A stretch of DNA of 64,000 bases from Geosiphon pyriformis uo1 (Eukaryota; Fungi; Glomeromycota), in assembly GCA_016748015.1 (NCBI GenBank), contig JAAOMT010000647.1, positions 66,880 to 130,879 of the forward strand, written 5' to 3'. Positions 22,594 to 33,631 of this stretch are shown piece after piece (the stretch's first letter is position 1; each line of letters begins with the position of its first letter). A program made the position numbers and the translations under genes. The notes beneath the pieces were generated by a model, which did not search any database, was not told where the DNA came from, and worked only from the letters and a program-made list of their open reading frames with translations.

Positions 22594-24900
22594 TCAATTT
22601 CTCGTTGTTCCAAAACAAAGTCCAAGATTGTATTGGGCAATTCTATTTCCCGCCTTTGCTGGTTCTGAATAGAGTTTAAATGCTTTTGCCAGATTTTTTG
22701 TTGTTCCCCATCCATTCTGATAACAAAGTCCAAGATTCAACTGTGCATTTTCATTTCCTCCCTCGGTTACTTTTAAATAGAGTTTAAACGCTTTTTCCAG
22801 ATTTTTCTTTGTTCCAAAACTATTTTGATAACACCAGCCAAGATTGTATTGTGCACTTGTATTTCCCGCTTTTGCTGCTTTTGAATAGTGTTCAAATGCT
22901 TTTTTCTCATTTCTCATTGTTCCTATTCCATTTTGATAACAAAGTCCAAGATTGTGTTGTGCATTTGCATTTCCCGCTTTTGCTGCTTTTGAATAGAGTT
23001 CAAATGCTTTTTTCCAACTCCTCATCGTTCCTATTCCATTTTGATAACACCATCCAAGATTAGTTTGTGCATTTGTATTTCCTGCCTCTGCTGCTTTTGA
23101 ATAGAGTTCAAATGCTTTTTTCTCATTTCTTGTCGTTCCTATTCCATTTTGATAGCACCATCCAAGGTTGTATTGTGCATTTGTATTTCCCGCTTTTGCT
23201 ACTTTTGAATAGAGTTCGAATGCTTTTTCTTTATTTACAATTGTTCCCAATCCATTTTGATAGCACCATCCAAGATCGTATTGTGCGGTTGTGTTTCCTG
23301 CCTTTGCTGCTTTCGAATAGAGTTCAACTGCTTTTTTCTCATTTCTCGTCGTTCCTATTCCATTTCGATAACAAACGCCAAGATTGTATTGTCCATTTGT
23401 ATTTCCTGCCTCTGCTGCTTTTGAATAGTGTTCAAATGCTTTTATCTCATTTCTCGTCGTTCCTATTCCATTTCGATAACAAACTCCAAGATTGTATTGT
23501 GCATTTGCATTTCCCGCTTTTGCTGCTTTTGTATAGAGTTCAAATGCTTTTTTCTCATTTCCTATTGTTCCTATTCCATTTTGATAACACCATCCAAGAT
23601 TAGTTTGTGCATTTGTATTTCCTGCCTCTGCTGCTTTTGAATAGAGTTCAAATGCTTTTTTCGCATCTCTCGTCGTTCCTATTCCATTTTGATAACACCA
23701 TCCAAGATTGTATTGTGCATTTGTATTTCCTGCCTCTACTGATTTTGAATAGAGTTCAAATGCTTTTTTCTCATTTCTCATCGTTCCTATTCCATTTTGA
23801 TAACACCATCCAAGATTCAATTGTGCATTTTTGTTTCCTCCCTCGGCTACTTTTGAATAAAGTTTAAACGCTTTTTCAGAATTTTTCGTTGTTCCCAAAC
23901 TATTTTGATAACACCATCCAAGATTGTATTGTGCACTTGTATGTCCCGCCTGTGCTGCTTTTGAATAGAGTTCAAATGCTTTTTTCTCATTTCTCGTCGT
24001 TCCTATTCCATGTTGATAACACAATCCAAGACTGTTTTGTGCATTTGTATTTCCTGCCTCTACTGTTTTTGAATAGAGTTCAAATGCTTTTTCCTCGTTT
24101 TTCGCCGTTCCCGATCCATTATAATAACAAAGTCCAAGATTGTATTGTGCACTTGTATTACCCGCCTCTGCTGCTTTTGAAAAGAGTTCAAATGCTTTTT
24201 CCTCATTTTTCGTCGTTCCCCATCCATTATTATAACAAAGTCCAAGACTGTATTGTGCACTTGTATGTCCCGCCTGTTCTGCTTTTGAATAGAGTTTAAA
24301 TGCTTTTTCCTCATTTTTCATTGTTCCCCATCCATTTCGATAACAAAGTCCAAGATTGATTTGTGCATTTATATTTCCCGCCTTGACTGCTTTTAAATAG
24401 AGTTTAAATGCCTTTTCTACATTTTTCGTTGTTCCTAATCCATTTTGATAACAAACTCCAAGACTGTTTTGTGCATTTGTATTTCCCGCTTTGGCTGCTT
24501 TTGAAAAAAGCTCAAATGATTTTCTTTCATCTTTTGAAGTACCAATTCCATTTCTGTAACAATAACCTAAAAAGAATTGTCCAAAAGAATCTTCTGCATT
24601 CGCTGCTTTCTGAAATTCTAAAAATGCTTTTATTGAATTGGGAATAGTTCCAATCCCATGGTCTAAAGAAAACCCAAGCAAAATATAGTCTATCGAACGT
24701 TTTGAACTTTTATTGTTCAATGAATTGAATAAATCTTCAGGTGTTTTATAATTGGACTCAAGATGTTTTTTCACCAATTCAGCAACTTTTGAATAATGGT
24801 AGCTTGGAAAAATGGCTAAACTTTTTTTGATGACAATGAATGTTCCTTCAACCCAATCGAATGATGAAGTTGCATTTTCAATTGATGATGTTGAAGACAT
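22594..24900 (-). CDS. Sel1-repeat protein, paralog 2: 18 tandem Sel1 repeats, kinase lost (768 aa from ATG 24900)
   Basis: Open frame with the same MSS..SIENATS N-terminus as paralog 1 and 18 uninterrupted 108-bp units (24588-22645). Could be an expressed truncated protein or a pseudogene. Confidence 0.75.
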   Translation of the reverse strand: MSSTSSIENATSSFDWVEGTFIVIKKSLAIFPSYHYSKVAELVKKHLESNYKTPEDLFNSLNNKSSKRSIDYILLGFSLDHGIGTIPNSIKAFLEFQKAANAEDSFGQFFLGYCYRNGIGTSKDERKSFELFSKAAKAGNTNAQNSLGVCYQNGLGTTKNVEKAFKLYLKAVKAGNINAQINLGLCYRNGWGTMKNEEKAFKLYSKAEQAGHTSAQYSLGLCYNNGWGTTKNEEKAFELFSKAAEAGNTSAQYNLGLCYYNGSGTAKNEEKAFELYSKTVEAGNTNAQNSLGLCYQHGIGTTRNEKKAFELYSKAAQAGHTSAQYNLGWCYQNSLGTTKNSEKAFKLYSKVAEGGNKNAQLNLGWCYQNGIGTMRNEKKAFELYSKSVEAGNTNAQYNLGWCYQNGIGTTRDAKKAFELYSKAAEAGNTNAQTNLGWCYQNGIGTIGNEKKAFELYTKAAKAGNANAQYNLGVCYRNGIGTTRNEIKAFEHYSKAAEAGNTNGQYNLGVCYRNGIGTTRNEKKAVELYSKAAKAGNTTAQYDLGWCYQNGLGTIVNKEKAFELYSKVAKAGNTNAQYNLGWCYQNGIGTTRNEKKAFELYSKAAEAGNTNAQTNLGWCYQNGIGTMRSWKKAFELYSKAAKAGNANAQHNLGLCYQNGIGTMRNEKKAFEHYSKAAKAGNTSAQYNLGWCYQNSFGTKKNLEKAFKLYLKVTEGGNENAQLNLGLCYQNGWGTTKNLAKAFKLYSEPAKAGNRIAQYNLGLCFGTTRN

Positions 24901-26355
24901 GGTTTTCAAATAACAGAAAGGGATTATTAAATTACAAAATATTTGTTTGGGGAAAGAAGGATTTTTAAAGAGTTCATTTCCCTGATAAATAGAATTTTAA
25001 ACGATAATTCATTTAAATCAGATTCCGAAAAGGGGTGTAATTTGAAGAATTCTTAATTGCTAAGTGAAACCTAATTGCCTCATTTTCTGGGCGCGGTGAG
25101 AAATACATAATTGGTGCAGAAACAAGTTTTGATAATTTTATATGTATAAGATTTTTTCTGCTAGCCCCAAAAAGATATTTTTTATAACAATCGAATTTGA
25201 GATTCATTAAACCGATAGAGATCGTCCGGGAAGAAATTGAAATGTACTTCTAACGCTTTTTCTTATTGGCAAGAAATACTCTTTAATTGATGATTGCTGC
25301 GGAAAATTAGTTTTAAGAATTCATGAATAAATTTCTTTTTATTAAGATTCTTTGGCTTAATAATTCTAACCTAAAAATCATTTTTCTAAAAAAATTTAAT
25401 TAACTGTTTTAATCGATTGAATGCAAAGAAACCAACATTTTTTAACGCTGTTGCATAAGAGAACTACAATTAATAAAGATCAATAATCCTTAAGGGCTTG
25501 GCTTGCAGAGAAAAACATCCTGAAGAATCTCAAGTAATGGTTCTCGATGAAATTGAACATATTAAAATGACACGGTATATAATAAGATAGTGTATGGTAC
25601 ACTGTCTTACATTGGAGACCATGTGGAGGTGGAGGCGGAGGCGTATTCCTTGTGTTTAATGTGATTAAAATAGGATACATGTAATGGTTTAAATTGGGAA
25701 TTGGAATTTGATCATATTTCTTAAGGAAAGGTTAATAAGATTGAATAGAATGAAAAGAAGTGCCGATTCCTTTAATTTTTTTTTTAATTTTGAACAGATA
25801 TTCAAAACAACTTCACCTATTTTTAATAGCATAATTCCGTGAAATATAAATTATTTATTTTGACAAAATCTTATTTCCAAATTTTTTAGAAGAATCCCAA
25901 AGTATTTAATATTGAAATTTAATTTTTAAGAAAATTTATTTTAACAGATATATTGTTTTTGGTAAAAAAAATATAATATTAAAGAATTATAATGAATTTT
26001 GAGAATTTTGAGAATTTAAAAAATAAAAAATTTTTTTTAAAAATTTTTAGTATGTTTCATTTAATTTTTAATAATTAAAATTAGCATTTTGAATGATATA
26101 AAAATTTTAAATAATAACTAATTTAAATAAATATGAGCAATTTTGAAAAATAATTCAACTGAAAAAAATAATATTTGAAAATTGATAATACTCAACCTTT
26201 TATATTTGAATTATAATTATCAGTTACTTCTTTTAACATTATGTAATTTTGACTAAATAAAACAGATGTAGAATACAAAGGTACAATCGGTATTGTATAT
26301 CACGGTAAAAAAAAATAAAAAAATAAAAAGTTAATATCTTTTCAGAAATAAACTA

Positions 26356-26900
26356 TAGTCAACTCTCTCTAAATGCACACCTTCGTGACCAACTTTTAGT
26401 GTGCATTTAAAGAAGTGTGAATTTGGAAAATAGTCCAATAATATTATTGCATGTGACTTTATAATAACAATTAATTATATGAAATTAAAAATTATTAATA
26501 AATTTTCATAAATTTTAACTTTAATAATGTTTCATCATATTTTAACTTGATAGTATTGTTGAGGTCTTGTTGTATAAGATATTTTGCTATTAATTCTAAA
26601 GCATTCTGTGCTTCTTTGTAAGTAATTTTTTGACATTCTATACTGTCATCTTTTTTTTTTATCATTATTATCTTCTTCTTTTTCTTTTTCTTCTCAATAA
26701 TTAGATTTATAATTTCTTGATTAATAAGTAGTTCAACTATGTTTTTTTCTTCTGGATAATTGATATATTCACTAATATTCAATATATTTCGGAAATAAAG
26801 TGCTTTAATATTTGTTTGGATTTCTTTTATAAAGTTATTGACATTATTATCATCATCAAAACTATGATCATTATTGATATTATTGTCATTATCAATATTT
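26356..26900 (-). mobile_element. pogo/Tigger-like transposon 3' fragment
   Basis: TA followed by (C>T)AGTCAACTCTCTCTAAATGCACACC TIR-like end with a subterminal palindrome (TAAATGCACAC...GTGTGCATTTA). The minus ORF 26495-26782 resembles the acidic C-terminus of Tigger/CENP-B-like transposases. The other end was not found. Confidence 0.6.
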
Positions 26901-27741
26901 AAGATTTTATTTTTTTCATTAAATAAATTTATTTAAAATTAAACAAAGCTTAGTTTTAAGAATAAATATTAATAATCTTAGATTTTTTGTATTTATAAAA
27001 ACAAAAATATATATAATATATATTTTTAAATGGTTGAATGCTGTGGTAATATTAACTTTTTGTTAAAACTTTGGACCTAATTTTTTAAATTTTCATTTAA
27101 ATTTCAATTAATAAAGTTTTTTATTAATATTAAAATTAAAATTACTGTTTAAATATGAAAAAAAATGTATATTAATAAATTTTAACATTAAAAAATAAAA
27201 ATAATAAAAATTTGATTAATTATATATATAATCAAGTGTTTTTTGATTAAATAAAATAAAATAAAAAATCTAAATATAATAGTGTAAATTTTTTATATAA
27301 TATAGTTCTTTAAAATCTATTTGTTTCTTTGTTTTAATAAGGCAGCATCAAACCACATTGAAAAACAATGCAATTAATTTAGAAAGATATGTTAAAGAAA
27401 AACAAGAATTTGAATAAGAGTTAGAACATTTCGTAAACCCAATTTAGTGAATGTCACTTTTTATCTAAAAAGATAATTGACTATATTAAAAAGGGCTACA
27501 GTAACCCCTGTCTAATTAAATAATAAAAAAATTGGAAAGTTTTTTATCCCGGCCAAAACAAATAAATATCTCTAGTTTTAAAGTCTAATGGAGAAAATTA
27601 CTCTTATCTCATAAAAAAACCCATATATTGGAAAAAAACAAGATCTCTACAAAATTTTACCATAGGTTACTCAAGCACTTTGTTCCTACTATAATACTTC
27701 CATTCTATAAAAATTAAATAATCAATAACTTGGAACAAAAA

Positions 27742-27975
27742 ATGTTACCCAATCTTTTCATATTTTTCTTTATGACTTCCATTGTTCTTATTGCTTTTTC
27801 CTCAATTTCTGCAGGATCATTTATATTAGTTAAACGTAATAATTTAGCGAGCACGAACAGCCTTAATACTCCAAACCTAGCAAGCACCCCATCGAAAGAC
27901 AAACAACCTATTAAACAAAATCAAAAATTTGCAAATCCTCCTCCTACACCAACTCGAAATCCTCCAAGACTTTAG
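27742..27975 (+). CDS. Small secreted peptide precursor (77 aa): signal peptide, KR dibasic site, Pro-rich C-terminus
   Basis: MLPNLFIFFFMTSIVLIAFSSISA-GSFILVKR-NNLASTNSLNTPNLASTPSKDKQPIKQNQKFANPPPTPTRNPPRL; ATG in AAAAATG context; higher GC than its flanks. Confidence 0.6.
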   Translation: MLPNLFIFFFMTSIVLIAFSSISAGSFILVKRNNLASTNSLNTPNLASTPSKDKQPIKQNQKFANPPPTPTRNPPRL

Positions 27976-30096
27976 GGAAAGATAAATACTCTAATTGTGT
28001 TTTAAAGATAGCCATCTGGCTTATTATTATTATTATTTTCTTTTTCTCTGCTTTACTGAAATGTGTCCTAATTTTTGATTGCCGTTTCAGTTTCCTCATT
28101 TAATATTTCTTTTGAAACTTCATCTTTGGTAATCTGTCAATTTTGTATTAACTGAATTGATGATATTTTCCGAAAGCTTGCTCTTTTTAAAATGGTATAT
28201 ACATGGCCAAAATTACATCAAATTTTTTTGCTTATGAACTGTGTTATCTCATTCAGTGTTTTTTAATTACTGTTGGTTTTAAATGTAATTTAGATTTTGG
28301 TTTTAATATATATATAATATTTCTATTCTTTATTTCAAACTTTCTTGATAATTTAAATATTTTTTTTTACAGTAAATTTAACCATTCTTATATACTTTAA
28401 TAGTAACACCACTGTTTTTTATATCATATTATGTGGTTTGATATAAACCAGTTATTATAATCATTAAAAATTAAATGACACATAATAAAAATTTTTAAAA
28501 TTCAATCATAATTATTTAATATTATATTTTTACAAAAAAATCCATATTATTAAATTAAAAAAAAAAAGTGTTTAATAATTATAAATTATAAAAAAAAAAT
28601 TTTAAAAATTAAAAATTTTTTTTTTATTTTGAGTTATAATTCGTTTAAAATCTCTTATTATTAAAATTTCATAAAATTTGCAATATTTTTTTATTCATCA
28701 ATTTAATTTTAATAAAAATAAGTTACATAATAGTATTTATAATCATGTCTAGAAATGAATGAATAAATAAATAAATAAAATTATTAGAGAAATAATATAA
28801 GCAAAGATTTTTTTAATGATAAATAGCCTATTAAAAAATAATTATCAAAGATATTTGATTGAATATTCTCAATGAAAAGATTTATAGTACATGTAAAGCC
28901 TCAAAAGATGAAATCTTTAACACTATTGTATATTGGGATCACTAAAAATATTAAAAGTTAATAGTAGAGTTGTGTAAATAAAAGCAGTGGGCTTTGCATA
29001 CAGTTCAACTATAAAATAAAATATATTTTTATTTATACTAAACTCACTGATTATAATGTATGCTGTCAATTCAGTGTTAAAAAGAAATGAGATTGCTAGA
29101 AAAATGATACTAATCAAAGAAATATGTACAAATCAATTATATTTGCTCTTTTAAATTCAAAAGTTTAAAATTAATTAAATTGGTAAATGAAAAATCATAT
29201 TTTTTATAGTGAATGTAAATATCACTTATGACATAAACTAAAATTTATTTGATAGAAACAACCACAAAAACTATTATTTTAAATCAATAAAAGTTTTTAA
29301 AATATTCATTCAATTTTAAACTTTAAACTAATAAGTTATCAATTTGTTCAATTTCATCGAGGATCACCAATCGAGATTCCTCAGAATGTTTTCTCTGCCA
29401 AGACAAGCCCTTAAAGATTATTAATCTTTACTAATTGTAGTTCTCTGCTGTAACAGCGTTAAAAAAGGTTAGTTTCTTACCAGATGATTAGGTTAATATA
29501 TTAAATAATCGATTGAATCTATTCATTTTTCCATCAAATTTTTGGGAGTTCATCAACTCCATACATAATTGAGCAACCATCAAATTTTACAGTTGGTGTA
29601 AGATGGCGACTCACCGGTTGCGTAGGTATGAGACGTGGTTTTTTTGTGCTTATTTCTGTGACATAATCCATGCTGCCGGAGTATATGCCTTACGCTGTCA
29701 ACTGATAAATGGATTCCTAAATTCAGGTTAGAGTTGGAAAATTTTTCAGATGCGTAGGCGATCAAGTTTTGGTTTGTCATTGAAGTTCTCGGTTTCTTCA
29801 TTATTTTTCCAGGTGTTTAATATCGCGGACCCTGTACCCTTCTTCTTGTGGTGTATATATTTGGGAGCATTTTTCTTGTTAAAAAATTTATATTTATATT
29901 TAGTAAAAAGCTTATAAATGTAAAAAAAAAAAACTTATGTCGCATCCTGGAAAGACAATAAGAAACATATTAATTGTAGTCAATTATAGAACCTTCTTTC
30001 CTATAATTTGAAAAATTAAAAGTTTAAAAATCCTTTTTTTCCTCATAAAAAAAATATTTCTAATTTAATAATTCTTTTTCAGTTATTTTGTAAATC

Positions 30097-32908
30097 ATGT
30101 CTTCAACTTCAACAATTGAAAACCCAATTTTATCTCTTGATTATATTAAAGTACCTTTCATCTTCATCAAGGAAAGATTAACCAATTTTCCAAAAAAAAC
30201 CATTAAGCGTAATCAAAAAAATTGTGAAAAAGCATTTAAACGTTATTTAAAAGAAGCAGAGACTGGAAATTCAAGTGCTCAAGTTAATCTTGGATTATGT
30301 TATGAAAATGGAGAAGGAAAAACGAAAAATTTAGAAAAAGCATTTGAACTCTATTCAAAAGCAGCAGAAGCGGGAAATACAATCGCACAATACGATCTCG
30401 GATGGTGATATCAAAATGGATTAGGAACAAAGATAAATAAAGAAAAAGCATTTGAACTTTATTCAAAAGCAGCAGAGGTGGGAAATAAAACCCCACAATA
30501 CTGTCTTGGAATTTGTTATACTAATGGAGAAGGAACAACAAAAGATTTTTGGAAAAAGCTTTTGAACTCTATTTAACAGCAGCAGAGGCTGGAGATCCAA
30601 ATCCACAAAGCAATCTCGGATGGTGTTATCAAAAAGGATTAGGAACAACGATAAATTTAGAAAAAGCATTTGAATTTTATTCAAAAGCAGCAAAGGCGGG
30701 AAATACAAGTGCACAATACAATCTTGGATTGTGTTATCAAAATGAATCTGGAACAACGAAAAATCTGGAGAAAGCATTTGAATTTTATTTAAAAGCAGCA
30801 GAGGCGGGAGATTCACTTGCACAAAATAATATTGGATGGTTTTATCAAAATGGATTAGGAACAACAAAAGATCAGGAAAAAGCATTCGAACACTATTCAA
30901 AAGCAGCAGAGGCGGGTAATACAATCGCAAAATACAATCTTGAAGTCTATTATTATAGTGGGAATCTAAGCTTACAAAAAATTTTTAGAACGTATCAAAG
31001 AAATGGATGGAAGACTATGGAGGACTTGGAAAAATTATTTGAACTGTATTTAAAAACAGTTGAGGAGGGAAATATAACTGGACAATATAACCTTGGATGG
31101 TGTTATCAAAATGGATGGGGAACGACAAAAAATCTGAAAAAAGCATTTGAACTCTATTTAAAAACAACAGAGGCAAATAATTCAAGTTATCAAAGTAATT
31201 TTTATGATTTAAAAGCCTGTGAACTTTTTTTAGATAATCAAAGTGACCTAGAACGTATCATATTACAATTTCAAAAGTCGAGGTTTAAAATGGGCGGCTA
31301 ATTTCACGGGGAGAATTTTTAGATTTTGAAGCTTTCTTTGAACAGCTTTCAGATGAATTCAAGTGTCTTAAATGTGGCAACTTTGGTATAATCATTAATG
31401 GATTCGCTATATGTCCATTTTGCGATACTAATGAAATTGATAAAAACTTTGAATCAGGGTTGCCGAAATGTCTAGAATGTTATAGAACATTAAAGATCCA
31501 CTTCGGTGTAAACATTGTGAATATTCACGATTTTCAAAGAGTCGGGGAACATGGGATAGTGGAAATGATGATATTAATCAGTATATAGCTTATACACAGA
31601 AAATTTCTGAAAGCTGTAGAGGATGCCTAGAATGGATTTCTCCCGACGAGATCAAGTTTTTAGATAAGGTGGGAGAGGGAAGATTTGATATTAACAAAGA
31701 AGGTAGATGGACGAGAGGTAGAATTCTATTCTGGGATAAAGAAAAATGAAAAGCATGAACGAAGTGGGGTTACGAAAGTTGCGTTGAAATATCTTAGAGA
31801 CAGCCAAAATATAAAATAAATTAATTCAGTTGAGGTATTTCCTTTTAAGAAATCTATATACAATTTTGATTATTCTAATTTCTTTTACTAACACTAGAAA
31901 ACGCATTAAAATAGTTTATTGCTCATCTTAAAACTGCATCTTGCAAATATATCCTTGAATGCTATGGAATAACCAAAGATGTTACAACCGATGAATTTAT
32001 TATGGTTTTGCCATTTGCGGAACACGGAGACCTCAAAGCTTTTCTTAAGATGAACGAAAACACTCTTACTTGGGAACTGTTTCTTTGTATTCTTTTTCAA
32101 ATCGCTTGTGGCCTAAGGTTTATACATGAGTCAGGACTAGTGCATGGGGACTTACATCCTGGCAATATCCTTGTTTTGAAATCAAACCCTTTAAAAATTG
32201 TCATCGCGGACCTAGGATTCTGTCGTCATGCTAATTCTTCAAACCCCGAAGAAATTTTTGGTGTTATTCAATACCTAGCACCTGAAATTTGTAACTCATC
32301 AGGTCATACCACGTATAGCAATATTTACAGTTTTTCTATTATTTCTTGGGAAATTATTTCAGGAGAAACACCTTGGAATAATATTAAAGATCTTAAGCGC
32401 TTGCGATTTGAAGTGTTTAAAGGAAAGCGCCCTACAATTAATGAAAAGCATACACCTCAATATATTAAAGAAATGATTCGAAAAAATTGGCATCAAGATC
32501 CGTATTGTCGTGATACTGCAAAAGAACTTCAACAAAAAATTACTGCTCCTCACGATAACTGTAACTTTAATGAACTTGTAACTAGAAAAAAAGGTGTTAA
32601 CTATGATATAATAAGTTATAGAAGCCAATCAATCTCAAAAATTCAATTAATATCAAACCTTATATATGGTAAGCATTTTATTTAGTATTATTATTTTTTT
32701 TTAATAGCTAAATAACTTTTTTGATTTAAACGCCTTTTTTTTCAGATCCGGATTACTCTAATAGCTCAAGTCAATTTAACTACCCAAGTTCTAATAAAAT
32801 TGAAGAAATCAGTAAGCACTTTAAATTTATTTTAATAATTATATTTAATTATATTTATTAATATTTAACTATAAAATGGTCTTTCAAATAGAAGAAGAAT
32901 TCGAGTAA
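30097..32908 (+). pseudogene. Sel1-repeat / CxxC / TKL-type kinase, paralog 3 (degenerate)
   Basis: Same architecture as paralog 1 with 6 core Sel1 repeats. Stop at 30406, frameshifts near 30548, 31290, 31495 and 31745, altered Gly loop (GEGRFD). HGDLHPGNIL, ADLG and YLAPE retained. Short terminal exons inferred to 32908. Confidence 0.88.
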
Positions 32909-33578
32909 AATATTAGTTATTTATTTTTTTATTTATTTATAATTAGAAATATAATTATAACCTATTATCCATAGTTTTTCTATATATATATATGTATATA
33001 TTTGGTTAATAGGAATTAAAAAATAACCACTTTGATTCGCCCATTATCTTGAATGTGAGGGTTATTCATATTAATTTATATTTTAAAATATTTTAAAGAC
33101 TTTATTGGAAATTTGTGATCTCATGAATTTTCAAATACTTGATAATTTCTTGTAATAGTTTTATACTTTGTTCTCTTTTTCTATAAATGTATTTAATATA
33201 AATTAAGAAGTATAGTATTTCTATTAAAAATTATTCATGAAAATTTTTTAATTTAAAAAGGAAAATTTATTGAAAATAGCGGATAATTATTTGATATTCA
33301 TTATGATGCCTTTGAATTCATTATATGGATCCGGATGCTGACTAGCTTTTTCGCACTATTTATAATTTACCATTTTCTTTGTTTAGCTTGTGAAATAATC
33401 GTTGAAATTTTCTTTTACAAGTTAGAATGCATTTTTTTGTGAATTTTAAAAATAAATATGAATTTTCATATTCAATAGGAAAATAATCGATTTATTGTAT
33501 ACAAGCAAAACCTAAATTATTAGACCCTTTAATTATAAGTCGTTTGAATATTAGTTATAAAGAGTAATAAAACAAAAC

Positions 33579-33609
<31 letters not shown>

Positions 33610-33631
33610 ACTATAGAGAGATTGCGAAACA

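Noticed and set aside
22809-24647. Long antisense ORFs over the Sel1 arrays (also 11168-12208 and 30284-30930)
   Set aside because: Shadow frames produced by the 108-bp periodic codon pattern ([11 protein letters not shown] repeats); no independent coding signal.
25480-25680. 66-aa ORF with PPPPPP, and a similar EYPPPPPP frame at about 34000
   Set aside because: The 34000 sequence is exon 4 of the four-TM gene in another frame. The 25480 ORF has no signal peptide or recognisable domain and overlaps the conserved upstream block, whose other copy does not keep the frame.
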